Assembly: GCA_038230375.1 (NCBI GenBank)
Contig: JBBRNJ010000008.1
Span: 32,001-96,000, forward strand
Direction of reading: 5' to 3'
Origin: Polyangiales bacterium
GTDB taxonomy: Bacteria; Myxococcota_A; Polyangia; Polyangiales; Polyangiaceae
DNA: 64,000 bases
The notes beneath the pieces were generated by a model. That model did no database searches. It was given only the letters and a program-made list of their open reading frames with translations, and was not told the origin of the DNA. Below, piece after piece: positions 45,333-54,636 of this stretch (position 1 is its first letter; each line of letters starts with the position of its first letter). The position numbers and the translations under genes were made by a program.

Positions 45333-47892
45333 CTAGAACGTGGAGTCCAGGCCGAAGAACGGCACCCACTTCGGGTCGATGGTGAGTCGCCGCGCTACGT
45401 GAACGCGCAGTGAGAGGGGCAAGCGCCAGAGCGCGAGCTGTGCGACGGCGGCGCCGCCTGCGGAGGCGGGCAACTTCTCACCGTCGAAGAACGTGGCGAG
45501 CGTGCCGAAGCCCTCCAGCGCGAATCCGCGAAGGAAGAAGGACGGGAACAGCCAGAATGACGACGCCGTGCCGACGTCCGTCACGATCGGAAAGCGAAGG
45601 CGCGCGTCCGCAGCGCCCATGCGCGCGACGAAGAACGGTCGGTCTTCGAACCCGAACAGCGGCTCGTAGAAGCGGATGGTGGGCGGCAGATCGATCGCCC
45701 GCGGATCGTCGAGCGCGATACGCGCATCGCCCGTCCGTCCTGCGCATGCACCCCCGTCGCACCGCCGCCGCCCACCTGCAGGAAGCCATCGGTGCTGGGC
45801 ACGCCGACGTGCTGCCGCGTACGCGCGGAGAGCGCGATGGTGGGGCGCCGCAGGAACGGGACGGGGAGATAGCCGACGAGCTGCGCGCGCACGTCACCGA
45901 CCTCGGAGGACCGGCCCGTGATTGCGCTCGGATAGAGCGCCCCGCGCGCGGTGGCGACGAGTCCGCGTCGCGCACCCGACTCCACGGCGGCGTACGTCGC
46001 GTCTACGAACGGGCCGGCCGCGCGAAGCGTGCGGAAGTCCGTGCGCTCGAGCGTGTCGCCGTTCACGCCGAACGAGATCTCGTTCGTGAAGGTGCGCCGG
46101 GCGCGCTGGCGTCGATCGCGATCTCGTCGAGCGTCCACGACCAGCCGATGCGGTTCATGAAGCGCACGTGCCCGCGCGCCGCGCACGGATTCGTTGCCAG
46201 ATAGGGTGCGGACGTCACGCGCGCCGTGGTCCCTGCGGCAAGGTCCGCGCGGAAGATCTGCATGCGGCCTTCGGACTCGGCCGCGTAGAGGAGGTGCCCG
46301 TCGTCCTGCCACGACGGATCCAGCTCCCACGCCTCCGTCTTCCGCGGCGCGACGACAGGCGTCGTGTCCTCCGCGCCGACGTCGGTGATCTCGCCCTGCT
46401 TGCGAGGCAGCTCACCAAGTCGACGTCCGTCCCTGGCGTCGAAGAGCATGATGCGGAAGCTCTGACCGTCGAACACGGTCGCTGCGAGCCGCTTGCCGTC
46501 TGGAGACACGCGCGGCGCCGTCGGATAGACGCGCGGGCCCAGGTCGTCCAGGTAGTGCGGCGTCTTCGTGTCGACCTCGAACGCGGCGAGCTCGAAGCGG
46601 TCACCGTGCGCGCGAGAGAAGTAGTACGTGCGCCCGTCCGGCGAGATCGACCCGCCCACGCCGCCCAGGTCCGGGTAGACGATCTCCACGCGCTTCGCAG
46701 CGAGATCCACGCGCGCGAGCTTCGAGACCTGGGCGATGTCTCCCTGATCGACGATTGTAAAGTACAGGTAGTTCCCGTCCTTCGTGAACGAGAGCCCGCT
46801 CACCATCGGCGCCGACGCCTCCAGGATGTGGCGGCCCGGGAGCACGTCGGTCAGGTTCTCCTCGAAGACCGGCTCGCCATTCGCGCCCCGCACGACCAGC
46901 CGCGCAGGCGAGTCGAGGCCGGAGACGATCTCGGCCTCGCGTCCCTCTGGCTCGCAGGTGGTGCGCGCGTACGACTCCAGGCTGCGGAGCTCCTTCTGGC
47001 CGTCAGGGCGAGCCGTAACGGGGTAGCGCCGCGCCGTCTCCGCCGCGAAGTCGTCGATGAGGCCGGAAAGATCCTTTGGATAGACGTTGCCGAATCGCGG
47101 GTTCACGCCGAACGGAAACAGGATCGAGTCACCCTGGTTCGTGACCACCGTCCACAAGCGCTCCTCGCCGTACGTGCGCGCCAGGTAGTCTATGAAGTGA
47201 CTGCCTGTCAGGTAGTTCGCTCCGTACGGCACCTCGCGCTGAAGCTCGTGCATCCATCCGCCGTTGGGCTTCTTTCCCGCCACGCCCGCCGCGAAGAGCC
47301 CATGCCAGTACGGCGAGCCCAGCCGGCCGACGCCACCCTGAAGCTTCGTCTCGTAGTAGACGGCGAGGCCTTCCCAGAACCACGAGTCGAGCCCGATCTG
47401 CGGCGTGTAGAGGCTGCCAAACACGTCGTTCACGAGCTTCGGCAAGCCGGCGTTCTGGTGGCTGTGCACCCAGTGCGTGAGCTCGTGGCAGCCGATGAAC
47501 GAGGGATCGGGGGGGATGCCAAGCACCTCGAACACCTCCGCTGTCGTGACGGTTGGCACCACGCCGAACGCCTCCACGCCTCCGGCCGCCGGCGCGATGT
47601 ACGCGTTGTTGAGCGGCGTGGGCGGCAACACGATCTGCGCCTTCTCGTCCACGTTGCCACCGTGGATGTGAGCGGCCGCGCGCAGCTTCCCCAGGCATGC
47701 CTCGTAGCGCGATGCGATCCGGAGAGTCTCGTCTCGCGCCTCTCGCGGGTAGTAGAGCACCAGGTGCTCCGTCTCGAGCCGCTGCATGTCGGAATGCGCG
47801 ATCGCCGTCTGCGTGGCCACATCGAACCGAGCGGGCGCCGTCGCGCATCCAGCCAGAAAAACCGAGATCGCGACCGGCTTCCAGGAAGACAC
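45333..47892 (-). pseudogene. frameshifted lipoprotein: zincin + TolB-like propeller + probable outer-membrane beta-barrel
   Basis: 46063-47892 has LAGC lipobox, HELTH, EGLAVYYE and PD40-like repeats; coding sense continues in another frame from about 46100 (TFTNEISFG...) and switches again near 45735 (DARIALDD...FFGLDSTF). Confidence 0.65.
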
Positions 47893-47898
47893 TGCTGT

Positions 47899-49611
47899 TT
47901 ACCGGGTGGTGGAGACGGCGGCGATGCCGTCGTCGATCGTGCGCACGAGCTCGTGCTGGAGCGAGCGCAGAGCGGAGAGCGAGCCTTCGAGCGTGCCGGT
48001 GGCAACGACATGCTCGCGATCAAGCGCCTCGTTCTGTTCGTCGAGCTGCTTCTGTAGCGAGGTGAGCTGGAAGGCGAGATCCTCCACGACGCCGCGGGTG
48101 CGTGCCTCCTCCTCCACCAGCGCAGCTTCTTCCCACACACGCACGTCTGCGTTGCCGCTCACGGGGCCCGATGCGAGGGCCTCGCGGCGAATGTGTATGG
48201 CGTCCAGGTGTGCGCGCTCGCGCGATCGATCGCGGACGAGCACGTCGATCGCGTGGCCCAGGTTCGTGCGGAACTCGCGGCCGTGGGCCTCCAGGCGGTC
48301 CACCTCCGACTGCAGATCTGCGACGGAGCGCGACGCCTTCTCGATGCGAGGGACCAGGTAGCTCGCCACCTCCGCGAGCTCGCCAGCGCGCGCTGCCTGC
48401 CCGGTGAGGCCGCGCTTCCTCGCGAGGTTGATGGCCTCCTCCAGCTCGCGCAGCGCAGACGACCACTTCATCGACATCTCGCGGGTGACGAGCTTGCCGA
48501 CGTTCGCCGTGAGCGCGCGGTGTTTGGCGCCGGCGCTCTCGACACTCACGAATTGACTCACCGCGGCCACGGAGTCGACGAGCGTGCTCATCTCCTCGCG
48601 CGCCGCGCCCACGGGCGCCGCGGGAGGGATCGGCTCGGCGGCGGGGATCTGGCTCGCGCTCCGGCGCGGCGGTGCGGACGTATTGTGCGGCTGGAAGCGA
48701 CGCAGGATGTCGATCAATGCATCATGCACGGCATACGCGTCGTGCGGACGGTTGTCCGGCTTGCGCGCGAGCATGCGGAGGATGAGCGACTCCAGGTCTG
48801 GCGGCAGACCGGCCACCTTTGTCGACGGCGGGATGGGCGCCGCGGTGAGCGGCTTCAGGAGCATCTCCGCCTGGCCGCGCGCGTCATACGGCAGGCTGCG
48901 CGTCACCATCTCGTAGATGAGGATGCCCAGCGAGTAGAGGTCCGCGCGTGCGTCGATGGGCACGCCTTCCACGTACTCCGGCGCGATGTATCCCGGCGTG
49001 CCGAAGAGCTGCTCCGAGAACGTGAGGCTGGGCATGTCCACGAGCTTGGCGATGCCGAAGTCCATGAGCTTCACGCCCTCGTCGTCGAACGCGGGTACGA
49101 GCATGATGTTCTCGGGCTTCAGATCGCGGTGGATCACCTGCATCTGGTGCGCGCGGGCGAGTGCGCTCGAGATCTGGATTGCGATCTTCACGGCCCGCTG
49201 CCATGGCATCGCGTCGCGCTGGAGCGCCGCGAGCAAGGACTCGCCCTCGACGTACTCCATCACCAGGTATGCGACGCCGTCTGCTTCACCGAGGTCCGTG
49301 ATCTCGACGATGTTCTTGTGGTTGATGCGATTCACCGCGCGGGCCTCGCGCAGGAAGCGCTCGCGGTAGGCCGGGTTCAAGCTCAGATTCTGGTGCAGGA
49401 TCTTGATCGCCGACATGCGCTCGATGATGACGTGGCGCGCCAGGTACACCGTGGACATGCCGCCCGCGCCCAGGCGCTTGATGAGGCGGTAGCGCGCGGC
49501 GATGGTGCGACCGAGGTACCGGTCCGTGCTCTTCTTCAGCGTCTGCCCGTCCGCCGGACAAAACGAGGCGGTGTCCTCGTAGATCTCGCTGCAGGTGGGG
49601 CAGACCTTCAC
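47899..49611 (-). CDS. Ser/Thr kinase with N-terminal Zn-ribbon and C-terminal coiled coil
   Basis: CPTC...CPAD; GAGGM, HRDLKPEN, DFG, GTPGYIAPE; heptad-rich tail. Confidence 0.92.
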   Translation of the reverse strand: MKVCPTCSEIYEDTASFCPADGQTLKKSTDRYLGRTIAARYRLIKRLGAGGMSTVYLARHVIIERMSAIKILHQNLSLNPAYRERFLREARAVNRINHKNIVEITDLGEADGVAYLVMEYVEGESLLAALQRDAMPWQRAVKIAIQISSALARAHQMQVIHRDLKPENIMLVPAFDDEGVKLMDFGIAKLVDMPSLTFSEQLFGTPGYIAPEYVEGVPIDARADLYSLGILIYEMVTRSLPYDARGQAEMLLKPLTAAPIPPSTKVAGLPPDLESLILRMLARKPDNRPHDAYAVHDALIDILRRFQPHNTSAPPRRSASQIPAAEPIPPAAPVGAAREEMSTLVDSVAAVSQFVSVESAGAKHRALTANVGKLVTREMSMKWSSALRELEEAINLARKRGLTGQAARAGELAEVASYLVPRIEKASRSVADLQSEVDRLEAHGREFRTNLGHAIDVLVRDRSRERAHLDAIHIRREALASGPVSGNADVRVWEEAALVEEEARTRGVVEDLAFQLTSLQKQLDEQNEALDREHVVATGTLEGSLSALRSLQHELVRTIDDGIAAVSTTR

Positions 49612-49656
49612 GCGGCGAGCATAGCTCGGGTTTTCTCCGGCGTGGAATCTACGGTT

Positions 49657-50121
49657 TCACACGCCCTGGTCCGGAAGGCCGCCAAAAAGACCCCACAAAC
49701 GGAGGAGCCACACCACGACCGCGAGCAGGACCGTGCGCGTGAGCGCGGACGTGAGAAACGTCCCGACGCGTCCGTCGCCCAGGTGGCGGAGCGAGCCATC
49801 CTTGTAGACGACCCACACGGCGCGCGCGCCCATGGCCAGCATGAGCGCGATCGCGAACGGCGCGATCGGATTGTTGCGAAGCGCCTCGAGCGGCTCCAGC
49901 GCGAGCAGCGCACGGCCGGCACGCGACGAGCCGCAGCCGGGGCACGGCACGTGGAACAGCCCGTACATGGGGCACTTGATCAGGCCCGAGCCGAGCACGC
50001 CGAAGAACAGAACGACGCCCGCAGCCGTCGCGAGGGCGAGGGGAACGCGGGAGGGAGGCCCGGGCGATGGCGAGGGGGACGCGGATGGGGACGCGGATGG
50101 GGGCGCGGATGATGATGCCAA
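49657..50121 (-). CDS. DUF2752 family membrane protein
   Basis: CP.......PCPGCGSSRA and NP motif, three TM segments; start uncertain (TTG 50121 chosen). Confidence 0.8.
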   Translation of the reverse strand: MASSSAPPSASPSASPSPSPGPPSRVPLALATAAGVVLFFGVLGSGLIKCPMYGLFHVPCPGCGSSRAGRALLALEPLEALRNNPIAPFAIALMLAMGARAVWVVYKDGSLRHLGDGRVGTFLTSALTRTVLLAVVVWLLRLWGLFGGLPDQGV

Positions 50122-50239
50122 GGGAGGAATCCTGACGGGAGCATAATTATCGTTTTGGCATCTTGTTAAGCTGTGCGATGCTTTTTTCGCGAGTGAGCGC
50201 AGCGTGCGCTCCTCTCTTTTTTTCGAGAGGGCGAGACCC

Positions 50240-50833
50240 ATGGACATGCAGAACGGGATCCAGGCAGCGGGTGGTTACGGTCCTCCGGGTGGCGGCGGCT
50301 ATGGCGGCCCTCCTCAGGGTCCGCCCCCCGGTGGTGGCGGCTACGGTGGTCCCCCCGGTGGCGGTCCTCCGGGTGGCGGCGGCTACGGTGGTCCTCCGCA
50401 GGGCCCGCCCGGCGGTGGTGGCTACGGTGGCCCCCCCGGTGGTGGTGGCTTCGGTCCTCCGGGTGGACCTCCTCCGGGTGGCGGCTACGGCGCGCCTCCT
50501 CCGGGTGGCTATGGTGGCGGTCCGCCGCCGTACGGCGCTCCTGGCTTTGGCCCTGGCGGTCCCGGATTTCCCGGCGGCCCCATGATGCCGGGCGCAGGCG
50601 GCGATGTGAACACCACGATCCCGCTCGTGCTCTCCATCCTGCTCGTGTTCCCGTGCTGCAACCTCCTCTTCGGAGTTCCGGCGCTGGTCTTCGCGATCCA
50701 GGCAGGCAACGCGAAGAAGGCGGGTGACTTCGAGACCGCGCGCAGCAAGGCGAAGATCGCGTACATCATCATGGGCATCGGCATGGCCCTCTCGGTCGTC
50801 GCCGGAATCGTCCAAGCCGCCATGAACAACTAG
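50240..50833 (+). CDS. CD225/dispanin family protein with Gly-Pro-Tyr-rich N-terminus
   Basis: LSIL..FPCCNLLFGVPALVFA...GDFETARSKAKIA followed by TM; GAGAGG upstream. Confidence 0.85.
   Translation: MDMQNGIQAAGGYGPPGGGGYGGPPQGPPPGGGGYGGPPGGGPPGGGGYGGPPQGPPGGGGYGGPPGGGGFGPPGGPPPGGGYGAPPPGGYGGGPPPYGAPGFGPGGPGFPGGPMMPGAGGDVNTTIPLVLSILLVFPCCNLLFGVPALVFAIQAGNAKKAGDFETARSKAKIAYIIMGIGMALSVVAGIVQAAMNN
50273..50579 (+). repeat. coding repeats PPGGGGYGGPP
   Basis: directly visible imperfect tandem units; ends approximate. Confidence 0.8.
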
Positions 50834-51000
50834 CGACCGCCGTTTCGGCGGCCCGGAGCGACGATCTCTGCGTTGGTCGCTCCGCGCGGTGCTCACGTAC
50901 AGGAAGTACGTTCCGCTCCGTGCTCACTCCCGCCTTGACCTCGCCGCTCCGTTCCGCCGAACCGACGGTCGCTAGCAATGGCGACCGGCGCCGGCGAGGG
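50834..51000. other. multi-hairpin intergenic element (repeat element or ncRNA candidate)
   Basis: stems 50854-62/50876-84, 50895-900/50906-11, 50939-46/50992-99, 50966-74/50979-87 (GCAA loop). Confidence 0.5.
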
Positions 51001-51035
51001 ACCCGTTCAGGAGAGATCTTGGGCGGGTTTTTTTT
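51001..51035 (+). terminator. rho-independent terminator
   Basis: ACCCGTTCAGGA-GAGA-TCTTGGGCGGGT hairpin (G.U pairs valid on + strand) running into a T tract (51028-35). Confidence 0.8.
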
Positions 51036-53947
51036 CAGGGGATGGCGTTCCAGACGGTTCGGATTTCTCTGGTCACCGCTAGGTAGCGACGGAGGAGGCC
51101 TTCTTGGGCGGTGCCGCGGGGGCCGTCGCGCATGCCCATTCGTCTTGCGAGGAGGGTGAGGCCGAAGGCGCCCTCGTCCAGGAGGGTGTTGCTTGTGCCC
51201 GACAGGACTCGCAGGCGTTGTTCTAGGCGGCGGAGAAAGATGTATCCTTCACGCATCGTCCCCGCGGCCACCGCTTCCATGTAGCCGCACGCCTCGAGCG
51301 CGAAGAGCGCGTTTTCGGTGTCGGTGGTGCGCACGCGCGGGTCCTTGCCGTGCTTCATCTGCAGGTACTGCACGGCGAACTCCACATCCGTGATGCCGCC
51401 ATGACCAAGCTTCAGATCGTAGCGCGCGCGTCCCTTCAGCTGACGTTCGCCTGCCAGCTGCAGCTCCATGCGCTGGCGCATCTCTGCGATCTTCTCCTTC
51501 GGCGGCGCGCCTCCCTCGTAGGCCACGCGATGGGCGACCTCGAGCACCCGTGCCCCCAGCTGCGCGTCTCCTGCCGCGAAGCGTGCCTTGAGCAGCGCTT
51601 GCCGCTCCCAGTCCTCCGCTCGTCCAACCTGGCCACCAAGGCCGTGGTAGCGCGCGAACGCATCCACGGACACGACGAGCAGGCCCTGGTTTCCGGAGGG
51701 GCGCAGCCGCGCGTCGAGCTCATAGCCCGGGCCATCGCCATGCGGCGCACCCAGGAGACGCATCACGCGCTGCGCGCTGCGCACGTACGCCTCGGCCTGT
51801 TCCTCCTCGCCCTCGTAGACGAAGAAGAGATCCAGATCGGACCCGTAGCCCAGCTCGCGTCCGCCGAGCTTACCCATCGCGATCACAGCCAGGCCACCAC
51901 CAAGCCCGCGCTCCGCAAGCACCGCCGCCGTCGCACGTTCCAGTGTGGTGTCGGCGAGCTCGGAGAGCACGAACGCCGCCTCGCGCGTGGTGAGCTCGCC
52001 GCCCAGGTCCGCAAGGCCCACCTCCAGCATCACGCGGCTCTTCGCCCGACGCAGCGCGGAGACCAGCGTATCGATCTGATCGTCCTCCGCGGATGCGGCG
52101 GCGCCTCTCGCGGCCAGCTCCTCGTCCAGGGCCGCGCGTGCATCGCCGGGGCCAGGCGCGCGCCTCAGGAAGAGCAGGCGATCCATCAGCTCTGGCTGCG
52201 CCAGCAGTGACTCGGCGAGGAACGAGCTCGCGCCGAAGAGACTCACCACGCGTCGCGTGGCGCGCCCATCCGTTGCCAGCGCGCGCGCATAGATGCTCGG
52301 GGTGACGAGCCGCGCGAAGAAGCTCGTGAGCAGGCGTGCGGCCTGCTCGGGATCCGCCGCATCCGAGATGGCGAGAAGGAGGTTCTCCGCGAACCCCGGG
52401 AACGAGTCCCGCGTCTTCGGTCCGAGCGGAAAATCCGGCCTGCGCGCGAGCACCACAAGGTGTCTTCCAAGGTCCGGGCCCGCGGCCTCGCGCATGCCGG
52501 CCGGAAGCGCCGCGAGGACCGCGGCCTCGTCGTGCTCATCCAGCGCCGCGAAGAGCTTCTGGATCGAAAGGTCAGGCGGCGTGTCCTCCGCGAGTGAGAG
52601 GGAAGCGAGCAGCTTCGAGATGGTGCCGCGCACGCGCTCGGTCTCGCGCGCCAGGGCTGCGCCGTCGGCAAGGCCCACGGAGCGCGCCACCACGTCCACG
52701 ATCTCCGGGCCGGGGAACTCGTGTGTCTGGCGCATGGTTGCAAACTGCACGCGATGCTCCAGGCGGCGGAGGAACACGTAGCCCTCGATCAGCGTGCGCA
52801 TCTCGCGCTCGGTCACGAAGCCGCGCGAGCGCAGCCTGCGCACCGCTTCGAGCGTGTTCTGCTTCCGGAGCTCCTCGTCGCGGCCGCCCCAGATCAGCTG
52901 CAACGACTGTACGAAGAACTCGGCCTCGCGGATGCCGCCCGATCCAAGCTTCAGATCCGTCTCTGGTGCGCCTTCCGCGCGTGCACGCACCACGAGCTCT
53001 GTGAGCTCGCGTGCGATATGCGGATTCACCTCGCGCCGCCACACGAACGGATGCAGCGCCGCGAGCGCGCGCATGCCGAACGCAAGATCGCCGGCGACAG
53101 GCCGCGCGCGCAGCAGCGCCGCACGCTCCCATGTGCGTCCCCAGGTCTCGTAGTAGCGCTCGAGCGCGCCAAGTGAGTTGACCAGTGGGCCGCGCGTCCC
53201 CTCCGGCCGCAGCCGCATGTCCACGCGCCACACGATCCCGTCGTCCGTCACCTCCTCCAGGGTACCGACCATGCGCTGCGTGGTGCGCGTCATGAGCTCG
53301 TGCACGGACAGGTCCGTGGCGCCCGCCGTCTCGTGGACGACCGTGCCGTCATCGCTCTCGTAGACCACGAGCAGGTCCACGTCGCTCCCAGCGTTCAGCT
53401 CACGCCCACCAAGCTTTCCCATGCCGATGACCGAGAGTCCGATCGGCGTGCCCTCCGGCGAGATCGGCCGGCCGAACCGCTTCTCCGCCCAGAGCCGCGC
53501 CTCGGACACGGCGACCTCGATGCACACCTCCGCGAGATCGGCGAGCTCGCGCGCGGTGGTGTCCACGTCCACGTCTGCATAGAGCACCTCGCGGAGCGCG
53601 ACGCGCGTCTTCTCCCGCGCGGCAAACTCCCGGAGGCGCTTGCGGACCAGCGTCGCGTTCTCCAGATCCGACAGCTGCGAGAAGAAAGCCTTCTTGTAGG
53701 TGCGAAGGTCGCGCGCGATCTTCGTGCCTCGCGCGAGCTTCTCCAGATCTTCGGCCTTGGTCGTCCGTGCGAGCTCGGGATACGCGCACGTGATCAGCGC
53801 GCCCAGGTCCCTTGCGTCGTCCGTGACGGAGGCAGCATCTGCACGCGAAAGAAATCGCGCGCGGTACCTCCCCGGGTCGGCTCGGGCCAGCGTCGTGAGC
53901 ATACGCACGGCCGGCTTCGGCCCGCCCTTGTCAGAAGCTCGGACCAT
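51035..53947 (-). CDS. glnE: bifunctional glutamine synthetase adenylyltransferase/deadenylase
   Basis: two repeats of MGKLGGREL..SD.DL, D.RLRP.G..G.LV, WER.ALL.AR, DLKLG.GGI. Confidence 0.95.
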   Translation of the reverse strand: MVRASDKGGPKPAVRMLTTLARADPGRYRARFLSRADAASVTDDARDLGALITCAYPELARTTKAEDLEKLARGTKIARDLRTYKKAFFSQLSDLENATLVRKRLREFAAREKTRVALREVLYADVDVDTTARELADLAEVCIEVAVSEARLWAEKRFGRPISPEGTPIGLSVIGMGKLGGRELNAGSDVDLLVVYESDDGTVVHETAGATDLSVHELMTRTTQRMVGTLEEVTDDGIVWRVDMRLRPEGTRGPLVNSLGALERYYETWGRTWERAALLRARPVAGDLAFGMRALAALHPFVWRREVNPHIARELTELVVRARAEGAPETDLKLGSGGIREAEFFVQSLQLIWGGRDEELRKQNTLEAVRRLRSRGFVTEREMRTLIEGYVFLRRLEHRVQFATMRQTHEFPGPEIVDVVARSVGLADGAALARETERVRGTISKLLASLSLAEDTPPDLSIQKLFAALDEHDEAAVLAALPAGMREAAGPDLGRHLVVLARRPDFPLGPKTRDSFPGFAENLLLAISDAADPEQAARLLTSFFARLVTPSIYARALATDGRATRRVVSLFGASSFLAESLLAQPELMDRLLFLRRAPGPGDARAALDEELAARGAAASAEDDQIDTLVSALRRAKSRVMLEVGLADLGGELTTREAAFVLSELADTTLERATAAVLAERGLGGGLAVIAMGKLGGRELGYGSDLDLFFVYEGEEEQAEAYVRSAQRVMRLLGAPHGDGPGYELDARLRPSGNQGLLVVSVDAFARYHGLGGQVGRAEDWERQALLKARFAAGDAQLGARVLEVAHRVAYEGGAPPKEKIAEMRQRMELQLAGERQLKGRARYDLKLGHGGITDVEFAVQYLQMKHGKDPRVRTTDTENALFALEACGYMEAVAAGTMREGYIFLRRLEQRLRVLSGTSNTLLDEGAFGLTLLARRMGMRDGPRGTAQEGLLRRYLAVTREIRTVWNAIP

Positions 53948-54623
53948 AGAGCCGGAACATCACGATCACGCACGAGTCGACGAGAGCGTGGGAGATAATG
54001 GCTGGCCACAGCCGCCCCCAGCGCCGCGTCATGTACCCCCACACGAGGCCCGCGCCGAGCGCTGCCGCCGGAAGCAACGGGTTCCAGCCGGCCCCGGTGC
54101 GGAGCGCGATCGCCGTGGGCAGCTGCGCGGCCGCGTAGAGCACCGCGCTGTAGATCCACGCGCGACGAGAGCCCAGCATGCCCTCGAGCAGCGCCGGTAC
54201 CACGCCGCGAAAGACCAGCTCTTCGGCGATCGCGGCGAGCGCCATGGCCACCACGACTGCGGGCACGTGGTCCTTCAGGATCTTGGGGTCGCCGATCTGC
54301 ACGTACACGCGGAGCAGCCAGCTTGCGCGGCTCGAGGTGAGCGGCATGAAGAAGTGCGTTGCCGCGAAGGCTGTGGCGAAGATGGCCAGCGCGGCCAGGA
54401 ACCCGCGCGTGAAGTCGCCGGGGCGGAACGTCACCAGCGGAATGAGCAGCTCTTCGCGATGCAACAGGTACGCGCCGACCACCCCGACGGCCAGCGTGGG
54501 CCCGATACCCAGGAGCGCCACGCGCGCCGTGCCTGCGATCTCCTCGTTGCAGGCGAGATAGCTGGCGATGGCGACAACCACCACGGTGAATCCGACGAAG
54601 CCAAGGTTCTTGAGGCGATCCAT
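53931..54623 (-). CDS. CPBP (Abi/CAAX) intramembrane protease-like protein
   Basis: EELVFRG, ISHAL; the FxxxH motif appears as YAAAQ. Confidence 0.8.
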   Translation of the reverse strand: MDRLKNLGFVGFTVVVVAIASYLACNEEIAGTARVALLGIGPTLAVGVVGAYLLHREELLIPLVTFRPGDFTRGFLAALAIFATAFAATHFFMPLTSSRASWLLRVYVQIGDPKILKDHVPAVVVAMALAAIAEELVFRGVVPALLEGMLGSRRAWIYSAVLYAAAQLPTAIALRTGAGWNPLLPAAALGAGLVWGYMTRRWGRLWPAIISHALVDSCVIVMFRLYGPSF

Positions 54624-54636
54624 CAAAGCACCCGAT

